This document shows, piece after piece, positions 12,922 through 24,111 of a stretch of 64,000 bases of DNA (positions within the stretch are counted from its first letter, which is position 1; every line of letters begins with the position of its first letter). The translations under genes were made by a program, and so were the position numbers. Origin of the DNA: a bacterium. Its GTDB lineage: Bacteria > Patescibacteriota > UBA1384 > 2-12-FULL-50-11. The notes below the pieces were generated by a model. The model searched no databases. It was not told the DNA's origin and saw only the letters and a list, made by a program, of their open reading frames with translations. The stretch covers positions 88,380 through 152,379 of the forward strand of contig JAJTYJ010000003.1 of assembly GCA_021463485.1 (NCBI GenBank), written 5' to 3'.

Positions 12922-13250
12922 AGCGGTTACGTTTCCTTGAGGGGATTAAGCATATTAAGTTAGCCAAAAGCGCTAGCTACGCTTTCTTAGGCGCACTCGT
13001 AGTGTTAATCGGTACGTTTGCTGCTTGGCAATTTACTAAGATCTTTTCGCCATCAACACTTATTAACAACAACGACCCGGTTGTTGTAATGAAAACGAGC
13101 GATCACGACGCGAGCGACAGACCGTTACCAAATAATATGATCGATACAACTGTCCCGGATTACGGTGATCAAGGTCTTGTACTTATGATCCCGATTATTA
13201 ACGGACAAGTACAGCTCCCAAGAATCCAGGGCGAGGTGACGTTTCGATGA
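12918..13250 (+). CDS. Small membrane-anchored hypothetical protein (110 aa)
   Basis: ATGA overlap with upstream gene; N-terminal TM helix. Confidence 0.5.
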   Translation: MKRLRFLEGIKHIKLAKSASYAFLGALVVLIGTFAAWQFTKIFSPSTLINNNDPVVVMKTSDHDASDRPLPNNMIDTTVPDYGDQGLVLMIPIINGQVQLPRIQGEVTFR

Positions 13251-14713
13251 AAAGAGTCTGGATGAGCGTTTTATTGCTCGGGGCCGCTATTTTGTTCGGG
13301 GCGCTAACACAAAAAACCAATACAGCGTCTGCCTATGCGCCGCCACCGGCTTCAAATTATTACGCGCTCCGCGGTGGTATGAACTTAAAATTAATTTTGC
13401 CACCGTTAGAGCTGGTTCGGCCGGCTGAGTTACGAATTGCAGGTGAACGTTTTACTTTTAACGCAAATACTGGTCAGTTTACACTTGCAACTCCACCGAG
13501 TGATCTAACAGTAAGCGCTTCAAGAAGAACTGTCTCGGGATACGCAAAACGTGATTACTATGAAGTTACAATTCGCGGTTTTGTGCTTGGCGGCGGTGGG
13601 TTAGCTAAGTCTATTTTTAATCTTCACAATTCCTATATGGCCAAGGCAAGCACACCACCGCCAGCTGGAACGGTCTGTGTCATCGCTGGTTGTGAGGCTG
13701 CGCCGTACCAACCATACGAATATAAAATAACCTTTGCGTCGCTCTCGCGAGCGGTCGCTAAAGATTACGGCGATTGGTTGCGAGCAAATGCCGGTGCTAA
13801 CGATGTTAACGCGATTTATCTTAGCGATCGCAACTGCGCGTCCATCAACGCGCTTAGTGGTACAACACTCTGTACAAAAACTACAGCTAGATTGTCAGTC
13901 CCTGGTTTCGGTCCAACGAATCATATTTTAATCCACGCTATTCCTGTCTTCGGCGGGATTTCGGTTGAAGGTAACGTCGCTGGCACAGGAACAGTCAGCG
14001 GCTTCGTCTTTGACGAGAATTCACCAAAAGCGATCGCGGTTGGTGGAGCAGTTAACTCAGGAGTTACTGGTGGTGCTGGTAATGTTCAGAATTACACTAA
14101 CAACTCTACGGTTTTGAAATGGGATCCACCGGGCACGGTCGGCGCTCAGATCGCAAGTATTTATAATAATGCAAGCTCAAAGGCAGCAGAAGCGACGAAT
14201 AACCCCCCTGATTTTAGCGGCGGTAACATCTATCTAAATGCAAGTAATCGTAACTTAAGGAACTCAGGCACGACTACTCTCAGTTCGCCACCGGAAGGGA
14301 AACTCTGGAAGATAAACGGTAACACAACGTTCACTAACGTCACGATCAACGGCTCGGGCACCATTATGGTTAACGGTAATGTAACCATAAACAACAGTTT
14401 GCGTTGCGCGACTGGAGCTCGGTTCGGTGTTATCGCCACTGGCACAATCACTATTAACCTGGCGGCAGGTACAGGAAAATTGGCTTGTGGCGCGTATGTT
14501 GCTCGGGGCGGCGATCTAATTTTCAGTGATGGGTTAAATAATCCCGATATCGCTTACGAGGCTCGAGGAATTTTTGTAACTCGAGGCAGTATTCAACTGC
14601 CGTCGATCGCTGACGACGTCGCATTCAAAGTCAAATACGACAGCGCGTTCGCGGCTGATCCAACTGTTCTGTTTAAAGAACTGCTCTCAATTATCTTCTC
14701 CACCGTCTCCTAG
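13247..14713 (+). CDS. Secreted hypothetical protein with Gly/Asn/Thr-rich beta-helix-like repeats (488 aa)
   Basis: ATGA overlap with upstream gene; signal peptide MKRVWMSVLLLGAAILFGA; repetitive NVTINGSGTIMVNGNVTINNS-type segments. Confidence 0.55.
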   Translation: MKRVWMSVLLLGAAILFGALTQKTNTASAYAPPPASNYYALRGGMNLKLILPPLELVRPAELRIAGERFTFNANTGQFTLATPPSDLTVSASRRTVSGYAKRDYYEVTIRGFVLGGGGLAKSIFNLHNSYMAKASTPPPAGTVCVIAGCEAAPYQPYEYKITFASLSRAVAKDYGDWLRANAGANDVNAIYLSDRNCASINALSGTTLCTKTTARLSVPGFGPTNHILIHAIPVFGGISVEGNVAGTGTVSGFVFDENSPKAIAVGGAVNSGVTGGAGNVQNYTNNSTVLKWDPPGTVGAQIASIYNNASSKAAEATNNPPDFSGGNIYLNASNRNLRNSGTTTLSSPPEGKLWKINGNTTFTNVTINGSGTIMVNGNVTINNSLRCATGARFGVIATGTITINLAAGTGKLACGAYVARGGDLIFSDGLNNPDIAYEARGIFVTRGSIQLPSIADDVAFKVKYDSAFAADPTVLFKELLSIIFSTVS

Positions 14714-14715
14714 CC

Positions 14716-14744
14716 TTATCAGCGCGGTTTATACCAAGTACAAT
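14716..14744 (+). promoter_or_regulatory. Putative promoter TTATCA-17-TACAAT positioned for a leaderless obg transcript
   Basis: -10 ends 7 nt before the obg ATG (14751); no SD in between. Confidence 0.4.
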
Positions 14745-14750
14745 AGTCGT

Positions 14751-15710
14751 ATGTTGATTGATAGCGTAGAGATTACAGTTCGTGCTGGTCGCGGCGGCAA
14801 CGGTATAATTGCCTGGCGAAGAGAAAAATATGTTCCGTTTGGCGGCCCGGACGGCGGAGACGGCGGTCGCGGCGGTAGCGTTTACTTTGTTGGGAGTAAT
14901 AACGTTGACACTCTTAGTTCCTTTCGATACCGAAAGGTGTTTCAGGCTGCCGATGGAGAAAACGGTCGTAGTAAGCGACAACACGGACGCGCTGCCGAAG
15001 ATTTAGAGCTGCTCGTACCGCAAGGCACGGTAGTGATCGACGACGAATCCGGTAAGATCTTAACAGATATTACCGAAGTCGGTCAGCGTTATCGGGTAGC
15101 CAAAGGCGGAGTTGGTGGTCTCGGTAACCCGCACTTTGCCACCGCTACCAACCAAAAACCCGAGGAGCAGACCGACGGCAAACCAGGTGAAGTAAAGAAA
15201 ATTAGGCTCGAGCTTCAGTTGATAGCTGACGCAGCCTTAGTCGGGAAGCCAAACGCCGGTAAATCCTCTATTATCTCCGTATTAACAGGAGTTGAAGCTC
15301 GAATTGGAGCTTACGCATTTTCCACTACCGAGCCAGTGCTCGGGGTAATGAGAAGTGGCGACGAGACGATCACACTCGTCGATTTACCTGGTTTGATCGA
15401 GGGTGCCCATCGCGGCAAAGGTCTTGGCGATAAGTTTCTCCAGCACTTGCGTCGAGTTAGTCAAATTATCCATGTTGTCGACGCAACCGAACCAGATATT
15501 AAAACTGCAATTTCCGAAATCGACACCGAGCTTAAGGAATACGACCCAATTCTATTGGAAAAACCAAAAATACTCGTTTTGAATAAAATAGACTTGCTAA
15601 ATCCCAAAGAACTCTCTAGCTTAAAAAAGAGCTTTTCGCAGGCGCTGTTTATTAGCGCCCAGGAGAAGATCAACCTCAACGATCTTCGCGAAGCTATCCA
15701 ATCCAATTAA
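14751..15710 (+). CDS. obg: GTPase Obg (short form without C-terminal OCT/TGS domain)
   Basis: Obg fold N-terminus IDSVEITVRAGRGGNGIIAWRREKYVPFGGPDGGDGGRGGSVYF plus G-domain GKPNAGKSS, DLPG, NKID. Confidence 0.9.
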   Translation: MLIDSVEITVRAGRGGNGIIAWRREKYVPFGGPDGGDGGRGGSVYFVGSNNVDTLSSFRYRKVFQAADGENGRSKRQHGRAAEDLELLVPQGTVVIDDESGKILTDITEVGQRYRVAKGGVGGLGNPHFATATNQKPEEQTDGKPGEVKKIRLELQLIADAALVGKPNAGKSSIISVLTGVEARIGAYAFSTTEPVLGVMRSGDETITLVDLPGLIEGAHRGKGLGDKFLQHLRRVSQIIHVVDATEPDIKTAISEIDTELKEYDPILLEKPKILVLNKIDLLNPKELSSLKKSFSQALFISAQEKINLNDLREAIQSN

Positions 15711-15825
15711 CCCTTGACAACAGGTATATATACCGAGTAGACTAACGATAAGTTAGTTGAGGTAATAAAGGAAGTGATAAATCGACAGAACAGTCGGCTA
15801 GTGATTTGCTCCGCTCGGAGTAATT

Positions 15826-18800
15826 TTGTCACATCTAATAATAATTAAGGCAAGGGAGGCCAAGCTGCGTACAAATTTTCGCCCACTAGAAACCAATAAT
15901 ACGTTATCGAACCTTATTGAGGTTCAGCTCAAAAGCTATAACTGGCTATTTGAAGAGGGGATCGGTGAGCTCTTAAACGAGATTTCACCAGTTGAAGACT
16001 TTACCGGTAAACTTTTCACTTTAGAATTTACCGATTACTCGCTCGATAAAGCTAAGTACGACGAGAAAACAGCACGGTCAAAAAACCTTACCTACAAAGC
16101 GCCGCTCCGTTGTCAGATTAAATTAACCAATAAACTCACCAAGAAGGTAAAAACTGCCGAAGTTTTTCTTGGCGATTATCCGCTCATGACCGAGCGCGGC
16201 ACGTTTATTATTAACGGCGTTGAGCGCGTTGTTGTTTCACAGATCGTTCGCTCGTTCGGTGTCTTATTTGCAGCCGAGGAGCTAAGCGGCCGCAAGTTAT
16301 TTGGTGCTAAAATCATCCCAAACCGCGGTGCTTGGTTAGAGTTTGAAACCAACTCGCGCGATGTTATTAGTGTGAAAGTCGATCGTAAGCGTCGAATTCC
16401 AATTACAACCTTCCTCCGAGCTGTCGGCAAATTCGACGACGAACAAATTAAAAAGTTGTTCAAAGACGTCGATACTAACCACGATCATCCGTTTATCGAA
16501 TCAACGCTCGCACGCGACCCAGCTAAGACCTACGAAGAAGCAGTTGTCGAGGTTTATAAGCGAATTCGACCTGGTGATTTAGTAACACCAGAAACCGCTG
16601 AGACATTTATCCAGAATATCTTCTTTAACGCTAAGCGCTACGATTTAGGTCGCGTCGGACGCTATAAGATTAACCAACGTCTCGAAATGGATATTCCAAA
16701 CACCGCCAAGAACCGAGTTCTGCGCGTTGAGGATATCATCGAAACAATCAAAGAAGTTATCCGTTTGAATAACACTCCAAAAGCCGAGGGCGACGACGTC
16801 GATCACCTTAAAAATCGTCGTGTCCGCGCCGTAGGTGAGCTCGTTCAGAACCGTCTCCGCGTCGGATTACTCCGAATGGAGCGCATTATTAAAGACCGAA
16901 TGAGCCAAGTGGTTGATCCAGAAGACGTTAATCCAATTACGCTTATAAACAGCCGTCCGGTTGCTGCCGTATTGCAAGAATTCTTCGCCTCATCTCAGAT
17001 GAGTCAATTTATGAACCAAACCAACCCGCTGGCAGAGCTGGAACACAAGCGAACACTCTCAGCTACCGGCCCTGGTGGAATCTCACGCGAACACGCCGGT
17101 TTTGATGTTCGCGACGTTCACCGGTCGCACTACGGACGTATCTGCCCGATTACAACTCCAGAAGGTCAGAATATTGGTTTAGTCGGTTACTTAGCCGCTT
17201 CAGCTCGAGTAAATGAGTACGGCTTTATCGAAACCCCGTACCGTAAAGTTGAAGTTAAAAACGGTAAAGCAAAAATTACCAGCAAGATCGATTATCTTGA
17301 TGCCTATAACGAGGAGAAGTACACCCTAGCGCCGTTCTCAACCAAAGTCGATAAAAACGGTTACATTACTGGCAATAAAATCGTCGCGCGTCGCAACGGT
17401 GAGCCGGTTATCGAAGCTGTCACAAAAATTGATTACGTTGACATCTCACCGCAACAGGTCGTTTCGATCTCAACTGCCTTAATTCCGTTTGTCGAACACG
17501 ACGAAGCTGTCCGAGCCTCGATGGGATCGAACATGCAACGCCAAGCCGTACCACTTGTTAAGCCGCAAGCTCCAATTATTGGGACAGGCTTAGAAGGCGC
17601 AGTTAAAGATTCTGGACAACTAATGGTAGCCGATGCTGATGGCGTGGTTACTTACGTTGACGGTGAAAAAATTACAATAAAAACCAAAAATGGCGATAAA
17701 ACTTACGAACTCTTAAAGTTCGTTCGCTCTAACCAAAGCACTTGTATTAACCAGCGACCAGCGGTGGCGCTCGGCGATAAAGTAAAAGCCGGTCAGGTGA
17801 TCGCCGACTCAAGCGCATCTGACGACGGAGAATTAGCAATCGGTCAAAACGTCACCGTCGCTTACATGAGCTGGGGCGGTTACAACTACGAAGACGCTAT
17901 AATTATTTCCGAACGCCTTGTTAAGGAAGATCGTTTTACCTCGATTCACGTTGAGAAATATTCGTGTGAAGTCCGCGACACTAAACTCGGACCAGAGCTG
18001 GTAACGCGTGATATCCCGAACGTCGGTGATGAAGCGCTATCGAACCTTGATGAACAAGGCATCATTCGTATCGGTGCCGAAGTCGGTAGCGGTAGTATCT
18101 TAGTAGGAAAAATCACCCCACGCGGTGAGACGGAACTAACCGCCGAAGAGAAACTACTTCGAGCCATTTTCGGCGAGAAAGCTAAAGATGTTAAAGACAC
18201 CTCGCTTCGTTTGCCTCACGGTGAGCGCGGTAAGGTTGTTGAAGTAAAAGTTTTCTCCAAAGGCAACGGCGACGAACTACCAGCTGGTGTTTATCAGCAA
18301 ATTGAAGTTTCAGTAGCACAACTTCGAAAGATTACAGTTGGAGACAAGATGGCTGGCCGACACGGTAACAAAGGTGTTATCTCGCGAACTCTGCCGGAAG
18401 CCGACATGCCGTTCCTACCAGACGGTACACCAGTTGATATTATCCTCAACCCGCTCGGTGTTATCTCGCGTATGAACCTTGGACAAATTCTTGAAACCCA
18501 CCTAGGATGGGCTGCCGGAAAACTAAACTATAAAGTTGCCTCTCCAGCGTTCTACGGGACACCTGTTACCGAAATTGAAAAAGAACTTAAAAAAGCAGAA
18601 TTACCTGATGACGGTAAAATCCAACTTCGTGATGGCCGAACTGGCACGGAGTACGACCAAAGAACAACGGTCGGTACTAAATACATCCTTAAACTAATTC
18701 ACTTAGTTGATGATAAGATGCACGCTCGTTCAACCGGTCCGTACTCGATGGTTACGCAACAGCCGCTCGGTGGTAAGGCACAGTTCGGCGGTCAGCGATT

Positions 18801-19188
18801 CGGTGAAATGGAAGTGTGGGCGCTCGAAGCGTACGGCGCTGCTCACTCGCTCCAGGAAATCTTAACGATTAAATCCGACGACGTAATCGGACGCGCCAAA
18901 GCATACGAGGCGATTATTAAGGGCGAAGAAATTCAGAAACCTCAAATTCCAGCCTCGTTTGCAGTGTTAGTTCGCGAGCTTCAGAGTCTTTGCTTAAACG
19001 TCGAAGTAATCGAGACAGAAGACAAATTAAAAGAAATAGAAACAACTCGTTCGCTTCTCCAAAGCCAGAGTACTCCAGCCCAATCTATCGATGAGATCGT
19101 TAATGCTGAGGTACCAGAGGCAGCTGTAGAAACCGAAGAAGTTGAAGAACCAGCCGTTCAACCGGTTGCAGAGAAGGAGGACCAATAA
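15826..19188 (+). CDS. rpoB: DNA-directed RNA polymerase beta subunit
   Basis: 1120 aa; conserved beta motifs throughout (e.g. [33 protein letters not shown]). Confidence 0.97.
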   Translation: MSHLIIIKAREAKLRTNFRPLETNNTLSNLIEVQLKSYNWLFEEGIGELLNEISPVEDFTGKLFTLEFTDYSLDKAKYDEKTARSKNLTYKAPLRCQIKLTNKLTKKVKTAEVFLGDYPLMTERGTFIINGVERVVVSQIVRSFGVLFAAEELSGRKLFGAKIIPNRGAWLEFETNSRDVISVKVDRKRRIPITTFLRAVGKFDDEQIKKLFKDVDTNHDHPFIESTLARDPAKTYEEAVVEVYKRIRPGDLVTPETAETFIQNIFFNAKRYDLGRVGRYKINQRLEMDIPNTAKNRVLRVEDIIETIKEVIRLNNTPKAEGDDVDHLKNRRVRAVGELVQNRLRVGLLRMERIIKDRMSQVVDPEDVNPITLINSRPVAAVLQEFFASSQMSQFMNQTNPLAELEHKRTLSATGPGGISREHAGFDVRDVHRSHYGRICPITTPEGQNIGLVGYLAASARVNEYGFIETPYRKVEVKNGKAKITSKIDYLDAYNEEKYTLAPFSTKVDKNGYITGNKIVARRNGEPVIEAVTKIDYVDISPQQVVSISTALIPFVEHDEAVRASMGSNMQRQAVPLVKPQAPIIGTGLEGAVKDSGQLMVADADGVVTYVDGEKITIKTKNGDKTYELLKFVRSNQSTCINQRPAVALGDKVKAGQVIADSSASDDGELAIGQNVTVAYMSWGGYNYEDAIIISERLVKEDRFTSIHVEKYSCEVRDTKLGPELVTRDIPNVGDEALSNLDEQGIIRIGAEVGSGSILVGKITPRGETELTAEEKLLRAIFGEKAKDVKDTSLRLPHGERGKVVEVKVFSKGNGDELPAGVYQQIEVSVAQLRKITVGDKMAGRHGNKGVISRTLPEADMPFLPDGTPVDIILNPLGVISRMNLGQILETHLGWAAGKLNYKVASPAFYGTPVTEIEKELKKAELPDDGKIQLRDGRTGTEYDQRTTVGTKYILKLIHLVDDKMHARSTGPYSMVTQQPLGGKAQFGGQRFGEMEVWALEAYGAAHSLQEILTIKSDDVIGRAKAYEAIIKGEEIQKPQIPASFAVLVRELQSLCLNVEVIETEDKLKEIETTRSLLQSQSTPAQSIDEIVNAEVPEAAVETEEVEEPAVQPVAEKEDQ

Positions 19189-22100
19189 TGGCCGAGTTAA
19201 AGATGAGCACCCGGACAGATAAGCCAGAGTTTAGTCTTCTAAACTTCGAAGGATTGCGTGTTCGCGTTGCCAGCCCGTTAGACATCGAGAAATGGAGCTA
19301 CGGCGAAGTTCTCAAACCTGAAACAATCAACTACCGAACCCAGAAACCAGAACGCGACGGTCTTTTTGACGAACGCATTTTTGGTCCGACCAAAGATTGG
19401 GAGTGTTACTGCGGTAAATACAAGCGAATCCGCTACAAAGGCGTTATCTGTGATAAGTGTGGCGTTGAAGTTACGCGCTCAAGCGTTCGACGCGAACGAA
19501 TGGGTCACATCGACTTAGCAGTTCCAGTTGCGCATATTTGGTATGTCCGCGGCGTTCCGTACTGTATTAGCACACTTCTCGACATCTCAGTAACGGATAT
19601 CGAAAAAGTTGTCTACTTTGCCAGCTTTGTCATTCTCTCAGTTAATGAAGAGTTAAAAACAGAAGCGCTACAACAGTTGGATGGCGAATTTAAGAATGCT
19701 AAAGAGCAGCTTAAAGACTCTCCAGAGCGCCTCGAGCAATTGGAAGCGAATTATAAAGCTACCAAATCTGAGTTAAACTCGCTCGAAGCTAACGCAGTTA
19801 TTAGCGAAGGTAAGTACCACGAGCTATCGCTTCGCTTCGGTAACATTATTAAAGTTGGTATTGGCGCCGAGGCTATCCTCGAGTTATTGAAAAAAGTTGA
19901 TCTCGACGAACAGATCTCGATTGTTAAGCAAGAACTATTAGTTGCCGCACCAAACGCAATTCGCCGCTTAACCAAGCGCTTGAGAATGTTAACCGATCTT
20001 AAACTCGCTGGTTTACGACCGGAGTGGTTTATCATCAACAAACTTCCAGTTCTGCCACCAGATCTTCGCCCGATGGTCCAGCTCGACGGCGGCCGATTTG
20101 CCTCGTCAGACTTAAACGATCTTTACCGACGAGTTATCAACCGAAACAATCGACTAAAGCGCCTAATGAACCAAAGCGCGCCGGATGTTATCGCTCGAAA
20201 CGAAAAGCGGATGCTACAAGAAGCGGTAGACGCCTTAATCGACAACTCTGCACGAAAAACCCAAGCTACAACAGTTGGACGTCAGCCACGATCGCTCTCA
20301 GACATGCTTCGCGGTAAACAGGGACGATTCCGACAAAACCTCTTAGGTAAGCGCGTCGACTATTCCGGTCGATCGGTTATCGTTGTCGGTCCAAATCTTA
20401 AGCTCGATCAATGCGGCCTGCCAAAAGTGATGGCGCTCGAGCTTTTCAAACCGTTTGTTATCTCACGACTTATTAACGAGCAATACGTGCACAACGTTAA
20501 AAACGCTGCTCGATTGATCGAACGCGGTACTCCAGAAGTTTGGGAGATTCTCGAAGAAGTTACGAAGGATTCGTACGTGCTGTTAAACCGTGCTCCAACG
20601 CTCCACCGTTTAGGAATCCAAGCTTTCAAGCCGATTCTTATCGAAGGAAAAGCGATCCAGTTACACCCGCTCGTCTGTGCGGCTTACAACGCCGACTTTG
20701 ATGGCGACCAAATGGCTGTACACGTTCCGCTCTCCGCGATGGCTCGTTACGAGGCACGCGAGTTAATGAACGCCAAGAACAACCTACTTAAACCTTCTTC
20801 AGGAGAACCGCTCGTTTCGCCGCGACTTGATATTGTTTTTGGCCTCTTCTACCTCACTAACGCCAAAAAAGGTGTTGCTGGCGAAGGTAAATTCTTCGCA
20901 TCGTTTGACGAAGTGGAGCAATCGTACGCTCGCGGTGATCTTCACCCACAAGCCGAGATCAAAGTCCGTACCGCTAGCGGTGAGCGTCTTGAGACGACCG
21001 TCGGTCGGGTTATGGTCAACAACGTCTTCCCAGAAGGCTACAAGTTTGTGAATGAGCCGCTCGATACCAAGAAAATCAAATCTGTCATGCGTGAGATCTA
21101 CAAACTTCACGGTCGCGACGCTACCTCAAAATTAGCAGACGACTTAATGCAACTCGGTTTCCGATTCTCTGAGAAATCAGGTATGACGATGTCTATTTTC
21201 GACATCAATATCCCAGAAGTTAAAGAAGCGATGATCAAACAAGGTGAAGACGCGATCGAAGAGATCACCAAGCGTTACCGACGCGGTCTTATTACCGACG
21301 AAGAGCGCAAAAAACTCTCAATCGAAAAATGGACTGAAATCCGTAACAAGATGGAGAAGGAAGTTAAGGAGTCGTTCGACAAGAACTCGTCAATTTGGAC
21401 GATGGTTACTTCCGGTGCCCGTGGCTCTTCAAACCAGTTAGTGCAGCTGGCTGGCATGAAAGGACTTGTAGTTAACCCATCTGGATCGATTATTGACGTT
21501 CCGATTACCTCTAACTATAAAGAAGGTCTTTCTGTCCTTGAGTACTTCATCTCCACTCACGGTTCACGTAAGGGTAAATCCGACACCTCGCTTAAAACTG
21601 CAGACGCTGGGTATCTAACACGTCGACTAGTCGACGTCTCACAAGACCTAGTAATTACCACCGAAGATTGTGGCACTACTAATGGTATTACTGTTGTCCA
21701 GTCTGAATCTGCTGAGTACGGCGAAACGTACGAAGAACGCCTAGTTGGTCGAGTTACTTTGGACGCTATTAAAGGTAAAAACGGCAAAGCGATCCTTAAA
21801 GCCGGAGAGCTAATTACCGAAGATCACATCGCCGAGATCATCGAAAACGGCGTTACTGAAGTTCGAGTCCGATCGGTGCTCCACTGTAAAGCCGAATGGG
21901 GTATTTGCCAGAACTGTTACGGTCGAGACTTGTCGACTGCTGAAATGGTCACACAAGGATCTGCTGTTGGTATTCTTGCTGCGCAAGCGATCGGTGAGCC
22001 AGGTACACAGCTGACGATGAAAACCTTCCACATGGGAGGCGTTTCGGTCGGCGACATTACTTCTGGTTTGCCACGCGTAGAAGAGATCTTCGAAGCCCGA

Positions 22101-23039
22101 CCGCCGCACGGCGCCGCTGTATTATCTGAAATCGCCGGTAAAGTCGTTATCCACGAAACCAAAGAGCGCTTGTATATCGACGTTGTTTCAGCCGATATTC
22201 CAACAGAGGAATTCGAGCTAATCGAAGATTACACCGCTTCTGTAAAAGACAAAGATATCATCAAAGCCAAGCAAGCCATCGCAACCGCACCAGATAAAAA
22301 AGCGATGCGCGCTTCGATCGGTGGACGAGTCGATATTAAGGGTAAGAAGATTACCGTTACTTCGCTCGAACCAACCAAGGCAAGTTACTTGGTTTCAGGT
22401 GATGTTGGTCTTAAAGTTAAAAACGGCGATACCGTTGAAGTCGGTCAGCAGCTCACCGAGGGTCACGTCGATCCGAACCAGTCGCTCGATCTGCGCGGCG
22501 TTAGTAAAACTCAGGACTATATTATTAAAGAAGTCCAGAATATCTACTCCTCGCACGGTGCAGGCGTTAACGAAAAACACATCGAGATTATCGCTCGTTG
22601 TATGTTCTCGCGTGTTCGATTAATCGACGGCGGCGACTCAACGCTTCTTCGCGGACAAGTTGTCAGCAAGCTCGAAATCGATCGAATGAACGAGAAACTT
22701 GCCAAAGAAGGCAAGCGACAAATTCAGTACGAACAGATTATCTTGGGTATTACCCGCGCCTCGTTACAAACAAATAGCTTCCTATCAGCCGCTTCATTCC
22801 AAGAAACAACCCGCGTTTTGATCGAAGCAGCTATTCAAGGCGCTGTCGATCCGCTTCGAGGTCTAAAAGAGAACGTTATCATCGGTAAGCTTATCCCAGC
22901 CGGTACTGGATTTATGGATGAAGCCGATGTTCGTGTCATCAACGACGCTTACCAGGCCACAATTCCACAGCCGTTACCAGTTGGCATCGACACTACCGCC
23001 GAGGAGCAAACGGTTGAGCCAAAGAAGGAAAAAGAGTAA
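19188..23039 (+). CDS. rpoC: DNA-directed RNA polymerase beta-prime subunit
   Basis: TAATG overlap with rpoB; zinc finger [20 protein letters not shown]; NADFDGD catalytic motif. Confidence 0.97.
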   Translation: MAELKMSTRTDKPEFSLLNFEGLRVRVASPLDIEKWSYGEVLKPETINYRTQKPERDGLFDERIFGPTKDWECYCGKYKRIRYKGVICDKCGVEVTRSSVRRERMGHIDLAVPVAHIWYVRGVPYCISTLLDISVTDIEKVVYFASFVILSVNEELKTEALQQLDGEFKNAKEQLKDSPERLEQLEANYKATKSELNSLEANAVISEGKYHELSLRFGNIIKVGIGAEAILELLKKVDLDEQISIVKQELLVAAPNAIRRLTKRLRMLTDLKLAGLRPEWFIINKLPVLPPDLRPMVQLDGGRFASSDLNDLYRRVINRNNRLKRLMNQSAPDVIARNEKRMLQEAVDALIDNSARKTQATTVGRQPRSLSDMLRGKQGRFRQNLLGKRVDYSGRSVIVVGPNLKLDQCGLPKVMALELFKPFVISRLINEQYVHNVKNAARLIERGTPEVWEILEEVTKDSYVLLNRAPTLHRLGIQAFKPILIEGKAIQLHPLVCAAYNADFDGDQMAVHVPLSAMARYEARELMNAKNNLLKPSSGEPLVSPRLDIVFGLFYLTNAKKGVAGEGKFFASFDEVEQSYARGDLHPQAEIKVRTASGERLETTVGRVMVNNVFPEGYKFVNEPLDTKKIKSVMREIYKLHGRDATSKLADDLMQLGFRFSEKSGMTMSIFDINIPEVKEAMIKQGEDAIEEITKRYRRGLITDEERKKLSIEKWTEIRNKMEKEVKESFDKNSSIWTMVTSGARGSSNQLVQLAGMKGLVVNPSGSIIDVPITSNYKEGLSVLEYFISTHGSRKGKSDTSLKTADAGYLTRRLVDVSQDLVITTEDCGTTNGITVVQSESAEYGETYEERLVGRVTLDAIKGKNGKAILKAGELITEDHIAEIIENGVTEVRVRSVLHCKAEWGICQNCYGRDLSTAEMVTQGSAVGILAAQAIGEPGTQLTMKTFHMGGVSVGDITSGLPRVEEIFEARPPHGAAVLSEIAGKVVIHETKERLYIDVVSADIPTEEFELIEDYTASVKDKDIIKAKQAIATAPDKKAMRASIGGRVDIKGKKITVTSLEPTKASYLVSGDVGLKVKNGDTVEVGQQLTEGHVDPNQSLDLRGVSKTQDYIIKEVQNIYSSHGAGVNEKHIEIIARCMFSRVRLIDGGDSTLLRGQVVSKLEIDRMNEKLAKEGKRQIQYEQIILGITRASLQTNSFLSAASFQETTRVLIEAAIQGAVDPLRGLKENVIIGKLIPAGTGFMDEADVRVINDAYQATIPQPLPVGIDTTAEEQTVEPKKEKE

Positions 23040-23050
23040 ACTATCAACTA

Positions 23051-23464
23051 ATGCCAACAATCAATCAGTTAATTAGGCGCCCACGAAAACAGGTTAAGGT
23101 GAAGTCAAAATCACCAGCAATGCATCGTGGATTCAATAGTCTCAAAAACCGACCGGTCGAAATTACAAAAGGCCGGCCGTTCCTACGTGGTGTTTGTACA
23201 AAAGTTACCACCACAACTCCTAAAAAGCCGAACTCAGCCTTGCGAAAAATTGCTCGTGTTCGCTTAACTAGTGGCCAAGAAGTTACGGCTTACATCCCAG
23301 GAATCAAGCACAACCTTCAAGAGCACTCGTTGGTACTAATTCGTGGTGGTCGCGTTAAGGACTTACCTGGTGTGAAATACCATATCGTTCGCGGTGTCTT
23401 AAACGCCGAAGGCGTTGAAAACCGCAAACAAGGTCGCAGTAAGTACGGAGCTAAGAAAAAGTAA
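23051..23464 (+). CDS. rpsL: 30S ribosomal protein S12
   Basis: [13 protein letters not shown]...[10 protein letters not shown]. Confidence 0.97.
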   Translation: MPTINQLIRRPRKQVKVKSKSPAMHRGFNSLKNRPVEITKGRPFLRGVCTKVTTTTPKKPNSALRKIARVRLTSGQEVTAYIPGIKHNLQEHSLVLIRGGRVKDLPGVKYHIVRGVLNAEGVENRKQGRSKYGAKKK

Positions 23465-23937
23465 TGCGTGGACGAAGTAAAATCAAAAAACCAGCCCTAG
23501 TTCTTGATCCAAAATATCAAGATGTCTTGATCTCAAAACTCATAAATAAAGTGATGTGGGGCGGCAAAAAGACTACAGCTCAAGGTATTGTTTACAGCGC
23601 CCTAGAGCGATTAGCCGAAGAACAGCAAACCGAACCACGCACTGTGCTGCGAGATATTATCGATAAAGCCGCTCCAATTTTGGAAGTTCGTTCTCGTCGT
23701 GTTGGCGGCGCAACCTACCAGGTTCCAGTTGAAGTTAAGCCAAGCCGTAAAAATGTGTTGGTAATCCGCTGGCTGCTAGAAGTTGCTCGTAAACAACAAG
23801 GCAAATCGATGGAAGAGCTGTTATATCAAGAGATGAAAAACATTCTGGAGAATACCGGCTCAGTTATGAAGAAGCGCGAAGATCTACACAAGATGGCCGA
23901 AGCCAACCGAGCATTCGCTCACTTCGCCCGCTACTAA
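23464..23937 (+). CDS. rpsG: 30S ribosomal protein S7
   Basis: TAATG overlap with rpsL; S7 family sequence. Confidence 0.95.
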   Translation: MRGRSKIKKPALVLDPKYQDVLISKLINKVMWGGKKTTAQGIVYSALERLAEEQQTEPRTVLRDIIDKAAPILEVRSRRVGGATYQVPVEVKPSRKNVLVIRWLLEVARKQQGKSMEELLYQEMKNILENTGSVMKKREDLHKMAEANRAFAHFARY

Positions 23938-24102
23938 ATGAAACTGAAAACGATCTCCGCCATTTTGTTGCTGCTTGTGGAGTTTATGCTCTTCTTCATC
24001 ACCGTTGAACCGCTTTGGGCAAAGGTAGTTGCAATAATCCTGCTTGGGATAGTCATCTTCCTAGCCGTCACCGACAAAAGCGAAAATAAGTTAAATCAGT
24101 AA
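23938..24102 (+). CDS. Small two-TM membrane protein (54 aa), not in ORF track
   Basis: ATG directly abuts the rpsG stop (TAAATG); MKLKTISAILLLLVEFMLFFITVEPLWAKVVAIILLGIVIFLAVTDKSENKLNQ; ends 9 nt before the fusA RBS. Confidence 0.45.
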   Translation: MKLKTISAILLLLVEFMLFFITVEPLWAKVVAIILLGIVIFLAVTDKSENKLNQ

Positions 24103-24111
24103 GGGAGATAC

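Noticed and set aside
15826-15870. RBS-like AAGGCAAGGGAGG inside the first codons of rpoB, suggesting a later start
   Set aside because: No ATG, GTG or TTG follows in frame before the conserved region, and the spacing of the ATG 15826 N-terminus to the conserved R-x-x-F motif matches E. coli RpoB, so the motif is taken as coincidental.
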